DNA of 20,038 nt from a candidate division WOR-3 bacterium (lineage in GTDB: Bacteria; Hydrothermota; Hydrothermia; LBFQ01; DSFT01). This document shows positions 9,094 to 18,572 of the stretch, one piece after another. The stretch covers positions 1-20,038 of the forward strand of contig CBFGJN010000034.1 of assembly GCA_965649115.1 (NCBI GenBank), read 5' to 3'. The translations under genes and the position numbers were made by a program. Under the pieces are notes generated by a model, which was not told the DNA's origin, made no database searches, and was given only the letters and a program-made list of their open reading frames with translations. Positions within the stretch are counted from its first letter, which is position 1; each line of letters starts with the position of its first letter.

Positions 9094-9132
9094 GAAGGTT
9101 TTTACCTATCGGAGGCTTAAGTCAGAGCATTT

Positions 9133-9555
9133 TCAATCAAAAAATAATTTTTTAATATATTCGTTTGCTTTTATTAAGACATTTTTATTGTTTTCATAAC
9201 GAACCAACTTTAGCGCTTCTTGAAATTCAAACCATCCCCCTGCTAAATGTTCATAACTTATACAAAATTTTTTATCCTTTGCTTTTGCTAAAAAAAGAAT
9301 TAATTTCTTTTTTATCAATTTTCCATTAAAATAATAGTTATAATAAATTTCCTCTCTAAAATCAAAAATTTCAATATCTTTAATTGAAGTTTCTTCAAAA
9401 AGTTCTCTTTTGGCACTTTCCAATTCAGTTTCATTTTTTTCTATTTTTCCCTTTGGGAATCCCCAGTAAGATGAATGTCTCAATAGTAAATAATAAACTT
9501 TTCTGTTTTCAATGTAAAATACAATAAATCCAGCAGAAATTTCATCAAAATTCAT
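9133..9555 (-). CDS. Nudix hydrolase, probably asymmetrical Ap4A hydrolase-like
   Basis: SAGFIV, WGFPKG, Nudix box GKIEKNETELESAKRELFEETS, SYEH...W. ATGA overlap with leuS. Confidence 0.88.
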   Translation of the reverse strand: MNFDEISAGFIVFYIENRKVYYLLLRHSSYWGFPKGKIEKNETELESAKRELFEETSIKDIEIFDFREEIYYNYYFNGKLIKKKLILFLAKAKDKKFCISYEHLAGGWFEFQEALKLVRYENNKNVLIKANEYIKKLFFD

Positions 9556-12068
9556 TTTACAACAATACTTAACATTCTATTTAAAACAAAAATCCTTTTA
9601 ATAATATCTTTACCTTTTAGGTACTTTTCATAAATTTCAGAATTTTTTAAAATTTCAAAAACCTTTTCCTCGTCTGAATTTATCGGAACTTTAATAACAC
9701 CCCTAAATTTACCATTTATTTGAACAGGAATTTCAATTTCCTCTTCAATAATATAACGCTCGTTGTAATTTGGAAATTCATTTTCAAAAACTGAATTTTC
9801 ATAACCAAGTCTATGATATATTTCTTCACTAATATGAGGTGCAAATGGAGCAAGCAAAATTGAAAATGTTTTTAAGGCAAATTTATATTGAAATGTTTTC
9901 TTATTTTCATAACTTTCTAAGAAATTTAAAAATTCCATAAGTTTTGCAATTGCTGTATTAAACTTAAACTTTGAAATATCCTCTCTTATTTCTTTAATTT
10001 TTTTATGAACAAATGATAGTAATTTTTTATCTTCAAATTCTTGATTAAATTCCAAGTTTTCGTATAAATTTAAAATTCTTGTTAAAAACCTTTTTGCCGA
10101 AATTACAATTGAATCTGTCCATTCAAAATTTTGTTCAGGAGGTGCTGCAAATAATATAGCAATTCTTGCAACATCTGAACCATTTTCTTCTAAGAACTTT
10201 GAAAGTGGAACGATATTTCCTCTTGATTTTGACATCATTTCAACTTTTTCTTCAAGTTCTATACCCGTTTCTTTATGATAGAATTTTCCATTCCTTTCAA
10301 TAACGAATTCTTCACTAATAGTTTTATAATTTACAGGGTCCCAATAAAATTTTTTAAGGACAAGCCCTTGTGTAAATAAGTTTTCAAAAGGCTCATCGTA
10401 ATTTACAATTCCTTCATCATATAGCACTTTATAAATAAATCTTGCATATATTAAATGTTTAGTTGCATGCTCAATACCTCCAATATATAAATCAACAGGC
10501 ATAAATTTCATTTCAAGTTCCTTATTAACAATTTCACTATCATTCTTTGGGTCTATGAATCTTAAATAGTACCAAGATGAATCAACAAATGTGTCCATTG
10601 TATCAGTTTCTCTTTTTGCTTTACTTTTACATTTAGGACAAGTTGTTAAAACGAAATTTTTATCATTTTCTAATGGTGAATAACCTCCAATAGGTTTCCA
10701 AACTTCAAGTTTTTGAGGTAATAATACCGGCAATTGATTTTGGGGAACTTCAACAATTCCACAATTACTACAATAAATAATAGGTATTGGACAACCCCAA
10801 TATCTTTGTCTTGATATTAACCAATCCCTCAATCTATAAGTAATTGCCTTTTTTCCTAAACCTAAATCTTCTAATTTTTTAGTAATTTCAATAATAGCAG
10901 TTTTCGAATCCAAACCATTAAATTCATAACTATTTATCAAAATTCCGTATTCCTCAAATGCTTTTTCATTTATAATATCTTCAAGATTTCCTTCCTTTGG
11001 TCTTATAACGGGTTTAATTTCTAAATTAAATACTTTTGCAAATTCATAGTCTCTTTGGTCATGTGCAGGAACGCCCATTACAATACCTGTTCCATAATCA
11101 TATAAAACATAATCAGCTATAAAAATTGGAATTTTTTCATTTGTTAATGGATGAATTGCATATTCATAAGTAAATATACCTGTCTTTTTTTTCTGAGTTT
11201 TTCTCTCAATTTCACTTTTGCTTAAAGCAGATTTAATATAATTTTCAATTTCATCTTTATTTTTTGAATGTCTTAAAATTTCATTTACAATAGGATGTTC
11301 AGGAGCTATTGAAATAAAACTAACTCCATAAATTGTATCTACTCTTGTTGTAAAAACCTCTAAGAAAGTGTCTTTATATTTAAATTTAACAATAGTCCCT
11401 TCACTCTTACCTATCCAATTTTCTTGCTGTTTTATAACATTCTCTGGCCATTTTCCTCTTAATTTATCCAAATCTTTTAATAATCTTTCTGCATATTCTG
11501 TTATTTTAAAAAACCATTGTTCAAATTCCCTTTTTACAACAGGCCTTTTACATCTTTCGCACTTACCATCTATTACTTGTTCATTAGCTAAAACAGTTTT
11601 ACAATTTTCACAATAATGAACAAATTCTTTTTTTCTATAAGCTAATTTTTTTCTATAAAGTAATAAAAATAACCATTGCGTCCATTTATAGTAATTTGGC
11701 TCACAAGTGGCAATTTCTCTTTCCCAATCATAGCTAATTCCAGCTTTTTTAAGCGTTTGTCTAAAAATGTTTATATTTCTATAAGTCCATTCCCTTGGAT
11801 GAATATTATAATTTATTGCTGCATTTTCAGCAGGAAGACCAAAAGCATCCCATCCCATTGGATGTAAGACATCATAACCTTCCATAAATTTAATTCTTGC
11901 AACAACATCTCCAATAGCATAATTTTTTAAATGTCCCATATGTAAATCACCTGATGGATAAGGAAACATTTCAAGAACATAAAATTTTTTTCTATTTCCC
12001 TTCACTTTAAATAAATTTTTCTCTTCCCAAAACTTTTGCCATTTACTTTCAATTTCAGAGAAATTCAT
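9552..12068 (-). CDS. leuS: Leucine--tRNA ligase
   Basis: MFPYPSG.LHMGH, GWDAFGLPAENAA, editing motif GTGIVMGVPAHDQRD, DWLISRQRYWG, MSKS, C-terminal VQINGK. Confidence 0.98.
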   Translation of the reverse strand: MNFSEIESKWQKFWEEKNLFKVKGNRKKFYVLEMFPYPSGDLHMGHLKNYAIGDVVARIKFMEGYDVLHPMGWDAFGLPAENAAINYNIHPREWTYRNINIFRQTLKKAGISYDWEREIATCEPNYYKWTQWLFLLLYRKKLAYRKKEFVHYCENCKTVLANEQVIDGKCERCKRPVVKREFEQWFFKITEYAERLLKDLDKLRGKWPENVIKQQENWIGKSEGTIVKFKYKDTFLEVFTTRVDTIYGVSFISIAPEHPIVNEILRHSKNKDEIENYIKSALSKSEIERKTQKKKTGIFTYEYAIHPLTNEKIPIFIADYVLYDYGTGIVMGVPAHDQRDYEFAKVFNLEIKPVIRPKEGNLEDIINEKAFEEYGILINSYEFNGLDSKTAIIEITKKLEDLGLGKKAITYRLRDWLISRQRYWGCPIPIIYCSNCGIVEVPQNQLPVLLPQKLEVWKPIGGYSPLENDKNFVLTTCPKCKSKAKRETDTMDTFVDSSWYYLRFIDPKNDSEIVNKELEMKFMPVDLYIGGIEHATKHLIYARFIYKVLYDEGIVNYDEPFENLFTQGLVLKKFYWDPVNYKTISEEFVIERNGKFYHKETGIELEEKVEMMSKSRGNIVPLSKFLEENGSDVARIAILFAAPPEQNFEWTDSIVISAKRFLTRILNLYENLEFNQEFEDKKLLSFVHKKIKEIREDISKFKFNTAIAKLMEFLNFLESYENKKTFQYKFALKTFSILLAPFAPHISEEIYHRLGYENSVFENEFPNYNERYIIEEEIEIPVQINGKFRGVIKVPINSDEEKVFEILKNSEIYEKYLKGKDIIKRIFVLNRMLSIVVK

Positions 12069-12076
12069 AAGGTTTA

Positions 12077-12134
12077 AAAATTTTAAAGTCTATAAAAAGT
12101 CCATAAATATCCAAGGGGGAGCCTTTAAAATTTT
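12077..12134. promoter_or_regulatory. Divergent -10-like promoter motifs for leuS (-) and the Uma2 pseudogene (+)
   Basis: CTTTAAAATTTT on the - strand at 12077-12088 and on the + strand at 12123-12134. The same motif precedes other operon starts. Confidence 0.6.
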
Positions 12135-12138
12135 AGAA

Positions 12139-12535
12139 ATGTTAGAATTAAAAGAAAAAAATTAACAATTAAAGATTATGAGAAATTACCAGAGGGTAGT
12201 CCTAGTTATTATCATCAGGAGGTTGAAAAAAAGACTTTCTTCATTTTGTACGAAAATATAGAAAGAAAAAAATTGGGTAAAGTTTTCATAGCACCAATTG
12301 TTGAAAAGGGGATTGAGGGGGCACCTGATATTGTTATTGAGATAATTTCACCATCAACAGCTTATTATGACTTAATTGAGAAAAAAGAAGTTTATGAAAA
12401 ATATGGTCAAAAACATTTGAGATTTACTTAAATTCTGAGAGTGGTTTTGAAATTATTTCAAGAGCAAAGATAAAAGGATTTGTAAAATCACGAATTTTAA
12501 ATTCAGACTTAAATGTTGAGGAAATTTTTGAATAA
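12139..12535 (+). pseudogene. Uma2 (DUF820) family endonuclease pseudogene
   Basis: Fragments LTIKDYEKLPEG, HQ, GAPDIVIEIISPST..YD...K..VYEKYG, KTFEIY...VKSRIL...LNVEEIFE*. Two frameshifts and missing internal blocks. Confidence 0.85.
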
Positions 12536-12554
12536 AGACACACCTTATAGAAAT

Positions 12555-12735
12555 TGCTTTGTCCAATAATTATTGTTAAGCGATTGATAATCAATAATTT
12601 ATAAAATTTTTAAGGAAATTGTTGATTTATTGGGGGGATTATTGGGGGGGCTCTGCCCCCCAAAGCCGAAATATGGGTATTTTAAAGGCGAAGCCTTTTG
12701 AAAAATAAATAATTCCAGAATTATTGGACAAGGCA
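12555..12735 (-). mobile_element. MITE-like element copy 4 (181 bp, opposite orientation, best preserved)
   Basis: 17-bp TIRs TGCTTTGTCCAATAATT / AATTATTGGACAAGGCA (1 mismatch), perfect 9-bp TSD TATAGAAAT (12546-12554, 12736-12744). Confidence 0.92.
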
Positions 12736-12769
12736 TATAGAAATAGCTATAACCTTTAAAATTTTTATA

Positions 12770-13732
12770 TTGAAAAAAATTCTCATAACAGGTTGTGCTG
12801 GATTTATTGGATATAAAGTTTGCGAGTTCTTTTTAAAAAATAATTATAAAGTTATAGGAATTGATAATTTTGACCCTTATTATGATTTATCATTAAAAGA
12901 GTACCGCATAAACTATCTAAAAAATTATGAAAATTTTGATTTTATTCTTTTAGATATTAGAGATAAGGAAACTTTGAGAAACATATTTAAAATTTACAAC
13001 TTTGAAGGTATTATAAATCTTTCAGCAAAAGCTGGGGTTAGAAATAGTTTATTAAATCCAAAGGATTATTTTGAAGTTAATGTTATTGGAACATTGAATC
13101 TTTTGGAACTAATGGTTGAATTTAATGTAAAAAAAATTATCTTAGCTTCAACATCATCAATATATGCTGGCCAAAAACCTCCATTTAGAGAAGATATGAA
13201 ATGTGATAATATGTTATCTCCTTATGCTGTAAGTAAAAAATCCGCAGAAAATTTAATTTGGACTTTTCACTATTTATACGGAATATCAGCTATCGTTTTG
13301 AGATATTTTACGGTTTATGGACCTGCTGGAAGACCAGATATGAGTATTTTTAGATTCGTTTATTGGGCAATAAATGATAGTGAAATTATAGTATATGGTG
13401 ATGGGAATCAAAGAAGAAGCTTTACTTATATTGATGATATTGCATTTGGAACTTATCTTGCTTATCAATTAGAAGGTTTTGAGATTATTAATCTTGGAAA
13501 TGATGAAGATAACAAGTTAATTGATGTCATAAAAATTATTGAAAAAATTCTAAATAAAAAACTTAAAATAAAATATGAACCATTTAATAAAGCTGATTTA
13601 TATGAAACAAAAGCAGATATAACAAAAGCTAAAAATCTATTAAATTGGCAGCCCAAAATTAAAATTGAAGAAGGCTTAAAAATTACAATAGATTGGTTCT
13701 TATCAAATAATATAAAATTATCAAAATTATGA
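12770..13732 (+). CDS. NAD-dependent epimerase/dehydratase (UDP-glucuronate 4-epimerase-like)
   Basis: ITGCAGFIG, AKAGVRNS, ASTSSIY, YAVSK, LRYFTVYGPAGRPDM. TTG start. Confidence 0.9.
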   Translation: MKKILITGCAGFIGYKVCEFFLKNNYKVIGIDNFDPYYDLSLKEYRINYLKNYENFDFILLDIRDKETLRNIFKIYNFEGIINLSAKAGVRNSLLNPKDYFEVNVIGTLNLLELMVEFNVKKIILASTSSIYAGQKPPFREDMKCDNMLSPYAVSKKSAENLIWTFHYLYGISAIVLRYFTVYGPAGRPDMSIFRFVYWAINDSEIIVYGDGNQRRSFTYIDDIAFGTYLAYQLEGFEIINLGNDEDNKLIDVIKIIEKILNKKLKIKYEPFNKADLYETKADITKAKNLLNWQPKIKIEEGLKITIDWFLSNNIKLSKL

Positions 13733-14802
13733 AATTTTCAGCAGTAATTTTAGCTGGCGGAAAAGGTTTAAGATTTGGAGGATATAAACAATTTTTTAAA
13801 ATTTTTGATATTCCACTTTATGAATTTTCAATAAAGGCATTTGAAAATTTAGTAGATGAAATAATTTTAGTTATTCCAAAAAATTTCAATTTAAAATTAA
13901 AAAATGTAAAAATTGTTTATGGTGGAGAAACAAGAGCAAATTCAAGTTATAATGGAATTATAAATTCAAGTGGTGATTTTGTTTTAATTCATGATGCAAG
14001 CAGGCCAAATGTAAGTAAGGAATTAATTTTAAGAATTAAAGAAGAACTTTTGAAAGGAAATAATGCAGTTGTTCCATTTATTGAAGTTAGAGATACAATA
14101 AGAGATAAATTTGGAAACGAGTTAAACAGAGAAAATTTAATGTTAATTCAAACACCACAAGGATTTAAGAAAGAATTGATTAAAACAGCTTATGAAAAAG
14201 CATTTGAAAATAATATAAATGGGACAGATGATGCATTCTATTATAAGACATTCATTTCAAACGATATTAAATATATTAAAGGGGATTTTGAAAACTTTAA
14301 AATTACATTTGAGGATGACATTAAAATTTTAGAGCATTTTTTAATGAAGAATATAATGATTGGCTTTGGATATGATATTCATCCACTTGTTGAAAACAGA
14401 AAGCTTATCATTGGCGGTGTTGAAATTCCATCTAATTTTGGAGCTTATGGTCATTCAGATGGAGATGCTCTTATTCATGCTATTATTGATAGTTTAAGTG
14501 GAATTATCTTAAATAAAAATATAGGTGAGATGTTTCCTGAAAATGAAAAATATGAAAATGCTTATAGCTTGGATTTACTTATGGAATTTTCTAATAATTT
14601 AAAAAACTACAAAATTATTAGTATAGATGCGGTTATCATACTGAAAGAACCAAAATTAACACCTTATATTGATAAAATTAAAGAAAATATCTCAAATGCC
14701 TTAAAATTGGATAGAAGTTCAATTTCAATAAAACCAAAAAGTGGAAATAATTTAAAAAATAAATTTATTGAATGTTATGTAGTTAGCACAATTTTAAAAT
14801 GA
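13729..14802 (+). CDS. ispDF: Bifunctional IspD/IspF (MEP pathway)
   Basis: IspD: LAGGKGLRFG..KQF, GGETRANS, HDASRP, IQTPQGF, TDD, NFKITFEDD. IspF: IGFGYDIH, GHSDGDALIHAIID. Confidence 0.9.
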   Translation: MKFSAVILAGGKGLRFGGYKQFFKIFDIPLYEFSIKAFENLVDEIILVIPKNFNLKLKNVKIVYGGETRANSSYNGIINSSGDFVLIHDASRPNVSKELILRIKEELLKGNNAVVPFIEVRDTIRDKFGNELNRENLMLIQTPQGFKKELIKTAYEKAFENNINGTDDAFYYKTFISNDIKYIKGDFENFKITFEDDIKILEHFLMKNIMIGFGYDIHPLVENRKLIIGGVEIPSNFGAYGHSDGDALIHAIIDSLSGIILNKNIGEMFPENEKYENAYSLDLLMEFSNNLKNYKIISIDAVIILKEPKLTPYIDKIKENISNALKLDRSSISIKPKSGNNLKNKFIECYVVSTILK

Positions 14803-15776
14803 GATTTTTTGTTTTTTTCTTTATTTTCTTATTTGTCTTGGCATTCTTATTTCCACTATCAAATAAAAACAGAATTATTTATGTGCCTTTTAGGAAAGGG
14901 GAGACAATAAATGATTTTTCAAAAAAATTAAAAGAAAATAAAATTATAAGATTTGAAACATTTTTCAAATTTTTAATAAAAATTTCAGGGAAAGAAAAAA
15001 ATATAAGAAGTGGTATTTATAGTTTTGTCTATAATGAGGGAGAAATTTTAGCATTTTTAAGAGTTTTAACACAAAAACCAAAACCCTTAGAAATAAAAAT
15101 TACTATTTTTGAAGGATTAAATAGTTTTCAAATAGCAAAACTATTAAAAGAAAATTTGAAAATTAATGAAAAAACATTCTTATCACTTATAAATGATAGT
15201 TCGTTTATAGATCAGCTTTCAAATAAATTTGAAAAATTGAAAAATTTAAAAAGTCTTGAAGGTTTTTTATTTCCTGATACTTATGTTTTCTTTGAAGGAG
15301 AAAATGAGAAATTTATTATTGAAAAACTTGTTCAAACATTTTTTGATAAAATTAAGCCTTTTGATAGTTTATTTAATAGTTCAAAATTAAAATTTTATGA
15401 CATCATAATCCTTGCTTCAATTGTAGAAAAGGAAGCACTATATGAAGATGAAAAACCATTAATTGCAAGCGTTTATTTAAATAGATTAAAGAGAAATATG
15501 CCTCTTCAAGCAAATCCAACATTAGCGTATGTTTTAAAAACTAATACTTATTGGTTAAGTGAAGAAGCTTTAAAGTATAATAGTCCTTACAATACTTATC
15601 TATATTTAGGATTACCTCCAACACCAATTTGCTCTCCATCTTTAAATTCAATTTTAGCTGTTCTAAAAGCAAAAGAGACAAATTATTTATTTTTTGTTGC
15701 TGATAAGGACGGAAGACATTTATTTTCAAGAACTTATGAGGAACATATGAAAAACATAAGAAAAGTCAAAAAATGA
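14799..15776 (+). CDS. mltG: Endolytic transglycosylase MltG
   Basis: N-terminal TM, LEGFLFPDTY, LASIVEKE, ASVYLNRL, SPYNTY..GLPPTPI, YLFFVA. Confidence 0.93.
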   Translation: MRFFVFFFIFLFVLAFLFPLSNKNRIIYVPFRKGETINDFSKKLKENKIIRFETFFKFLIKISGKEKNIRSGIYSFVYNEGEILAFLRVLTQKPKPLEIKITIFEGLNSFQIAKLLKENLKINEKTFLSLINDSSFIDQLSNKFEKLKNLKSLEGFLFPDTYVFFEGENEKFIIEKLVQTFFDKIKPFDSLFNSSKLKFYDIIILASIVEKEALYEDEKPLIASVYLNRLKRNMPLQANPTLAYVLKTNTYWLSEEALKYNSPYNTYLYLGLPPTPICSPSLNSILAVLKAKETNYLFFVADKDGRHLFSRTYEEHMKNIRKVKK

Positions 15777-17872
15777 AGCTTTCAAAAGTTTGCGTTTTTG
15801 GAATAGAAAAAGCACTGATTTTTAAAAATAATATAAATGCCAGTGTGGGAGATTTAGTAAATGTTAAGGTTAAAAATAAAATTGTTAGAGGTGTAGTTGT
15901 TGAAAATTTTGAAAGTGATGAGGAAAATTCCTATAATGAGATTATTAGTAAGGAAAATTATTCAATTGATGAAAATTCAATAAAAATTGCTAAATGGATA
16001 AGCGATTATTATTTTTGCGAATTATATCATTCTCTAAAACTATTTTTTCCTCCAAATAGTCTTTCTATGGAAAAAGATTACATCAAGTTTTCAAAAAAGG
16101 GATTTTTAAAATATAATGGACCATTATCTGAACTTGAAAAAAAAATTATTGAAAAAATAAAGGATAAAAATTACATAAGACTTTCAAAATTTAAACCTTC
16201 TCAAATTCTTGTTATTGAAAAGCTCATAGAAAAAGGTATTATCATAAAAAAAAGAAAAATTAAAAAAATATCATCTATTGAAATTAAAAATTTGATTGAT
16301 TTATCTTATCCTGTTAAACTTCCAAAAAAACCAAATATAGAACAAGCATTAGCACTGTCCAAAATTTTAAATGGAAAAAAGTACTTACTATTTGGTCCAA
16401 CAGGCAGTGGCAAAACGAATATATTTATTTGGTTAAGTCAAATGATTTTAAAAGAAAATAAAGGTGTTATTGTTTTAGTTCCTGAAATTTCACTTTCACC
16501 TCACATAGCAAGGATATTTTATGAAAAATTCGGAGATATTGTAGCAATTTATCATAGCTCATTTACACCTTCTCAAAGGACTTATTTGTGGAATGAAATT
16601 AAAAAAGGAAATAAGAAAATAGTAATTGGTCCAAGGTCTGCACTATTCTTACCAGTTCAAAATTTAGGTTTAATAATTGTAGATGAAGAGCATGAAAGTT
16701 CTTATAAGCAAGAAGAAAAGAAACCTTATTATAATGCGAGAGATTTGGCGGTTTTAATGTCGGAACTATATAATGCAACATTAATTCTTTCATCAGCAAC
16801 ACCCTCAATTGAAAGCTATTTTAATGTTTTAAGAGGAAAGTATGAGCTTTTAAAGTTGAAAAGTAGAGTTAAAAATTATATTTATCCATCAGTTGAAATT
16901 TTAGATTTAAAGAAAAATATCTTCCTTTCATCAAAATTGTTAAATGAAATTAAGCAAATACTTGAAAAGAATAATAGTGTTATGATTTTTTTTAATAGAA
17001 GAGGTTATTCACCAGTTTTAATTTGTTCTGATTGTGGATATGTTTTTAAGTGTGATTATTGTTCAGTTAATTTAGTTTTTCACAAATCAATTAAAGGAAA
17101 TTATTTAGAATGTCACATTTGTGGAAGAAGATATAAAATCTTTGAAATTTGTTCTAAATGTTCATCTTATAACTTAAAAGTTGTTGGATTTGGAACACAA
17201 AGGATAGAAGAAGAATTAAAGAATATCTTTTCAAGCTATGAAATTTTAAGAATTGATAGGGATAGTATAAGAAATAGAAAAAATTTGGAATTAATAATAA
17301 GGAAAATTCATTCAAATTATCCTAAAATTATTATTGGGACGCAAATTATTGCAAAAGGATTTGATTTAAAGGATGTTAAACTTGCAATTGTTCCAAATGC
17401 AGATTTAGGTTTATCAATACCCGATTTTAGAAATTATGAAAGAAATGTTCAGCTTTTAATTCAATTTATTGGAAGAATTAGAACAGGTGGATTGGTTTAT
17501 ATTCAAACTTATGAGCCTGAAAATGAGATATTCAATTTTGTAAAAAATATAGATTATGAAGGATTTTTAAATTATGAGATTAAAAAAAGAAAGGAAATGA
17601 AATTTCCTCCATTTTATAAATTAGCAATTATTGAAGCAAAATCAAAGGAAGAAACAAAATCAATTGAATTAATAAATGAAATATATGAAAAAATTAAAAG
17701 TGAAGATGTTGAAATTCTTGGACCTGCTCCCGCACCAATTGAAAAGATAAAAAATTATTATAGATGGAGAATTATTTTAAGAAGCAAAAGTTATAAAAAA
17801 ATTAAAGAAACAATTGAAAAAATAAAAAATTATAGCGTTAAAATTGTAATTGATCCTTATGACCTGATGTAA
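15773..17872 (+). CDS. priA: Primosomal protein N' (replication restart helicase)
   Basis: GPTGSGKT, LVPEISL, DEEHESSYKQ, SATPS, NRRGY plus four CxxC, LGPAPAP, C-terminal IDP. Confidence 0.95.
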   Translation: MKLSKVCVFGIEKALIFKNNINASVGDLVNVKVKNKIVRGVVVENFESDEENSYNEIISKENYSIDENSIKIAKWISDYYFCELYHSLKLFFPPNSLSMEKDYIKFSKKGFLKYNGPLSELEKKIIEKIKDKNYIRLSKFKPSQILVIEKLIEKGIIIKKRKIKKISSIEIKNLIDLSYPVKLPKKPNIEQALALSKILNGKKYLLFGPTGSGKTNIFIWLSQMILKENKGVIVLVPEISLSPHIARIFYEKFGDIVAIYHSSFTPSQRTYLWNEIKKGNKKIVIGPRSALFLPVQNLGLIIVDEEHESSYKQEEKKPYYNARDLAVLMSELYNATLILSSATPSIESYFNVLRGKYELLKLKSRVKNYIYPSVEILDLKKNIFLSSKLLNEIKQILEKNNSVMIFFNRRGYSPVLICSDCGYVFKCDYCSVNLVFHKSIKGNYLECHICGRRYKIFEICSKCSSYNLKVVGFGTQRIEEELKNIFSSYEILRIDRDSIRNRKNLELIIRKIHSNYPKIIIGTQIIAKGFDLKDVKLAIVPNADLGLSIPDFRNYERNVQLLIQFIGRIRTGGLVYIQTYEPENEIFNFVKNIDYEGFLNYEIKKRKEMKFPPFYKLAIIEAKSKEETKSIELINEIYEKIKSEDVEILGPAPAPIEKIKNYYRWRIILRSKSYKKIKETIEKIKNYSVKIVIDPYDLM

Positions 17873-18572
17873 TAATTGTTCCTACATTTTCACCTTTTAT
17901 TATTTTCTCTATTAAACCACTTTTAGTGATATTAAAAACAATAACAGGCAAATTATTTTCTCTACATAAAGCAACAGCAGTTGCATCCATTACTTTTAAA
18001 TCTTTTGAAAGAAAATAACTATAATCTAAAAGGTCGTATTTTTGAGCATCTGAAAATTTAAAAGGGTCTTTCGTATAAACACCATCAACTTTTGTTCCTT
18101 TTAATAAGACATCAGCTTTTATTTCAATAGCTCTTAAAGCACCAGCGGTGTCGGTTGAAAAGAAAGGACTCCCTGTTCCACCTGCAAAAATTACAATTCT
18201 GCCCTTTTCAAGATGTCTAATTGCTCTTCTCCTTATATAAGGTTCTGCAACACTTTTAATTTCAATTGATGTCATAACCCTCGTTTCAAGACCTTTTGAT
18301 TCAAGAATACTTTGTAATGCAAGGGCATTTAAGATAGTAGCTATCATTCCCATATAATCAGCCGTAGTTTTATCTATTCCATATTTTTGGGCATCATTGC
18401 CCCTTATTATATTTCCTCCACCTACAACAAGTGCAATATCTATTGGATAATTCTTTTTAAGATAGTATATTTCATCGGTTATAAAATCTAGAAAATCTCT
18501 TGAAAATCCAAAGCCATCACTTCCCAAAAGCTCACCACTTATTTTAAGTAAAATTCGTTTGTACTTTAACAT
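17838..18572 (-). CDS. pyrH: UMP kinase
   Basis: KRILLKISGE, VVGGGNIIRG, DYMGMIAT, GTGSPFFSTDT, VMDATA. Confidence 0.97.
   Translation of the reverse strand: MLKYKRILLKISGELLGSDGFGFSRDFLDFITDEIYYLKKNYPIDIALVVGGGNIIRGNDAQKYGIDKTTADYMGMIATILNALALQSILESKGLETRVMTSIEIKSVAEPYIRRRAIRHLEKGRIVIFAGGTGSPFFSTDTAGALRAIEIKADVLLKGTKVDGVYTKDPFKFSDAQKYDLLDYSYFLSKDLKVMDATAVALCRENNLPVIVFNITKSGLIEKIIKGENVGTIITSGHKDQLQF

Noticed and set aside
8703..9102. CRISPR array or integron cassette array
   Set aside because: The repeats are only 9 bp and the intervening units are homologous to each other with TIRs. No cas genes or cassette ORFs are present, and the recombinase looks like housekeeping XerD.
5365..9132. Possible extra element fragments at 5365-5423 (CCAATAATT, ...CAAGCA) and 9103-9129 (...AGAGCA) beside stop codons
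   Set aside because: The matches are too short and no TSD could be identified.
12246..12431. 61-aa ORF as a standalone gene
   Set aside because: It is the middle fragment of the Uma2 pseudogene.
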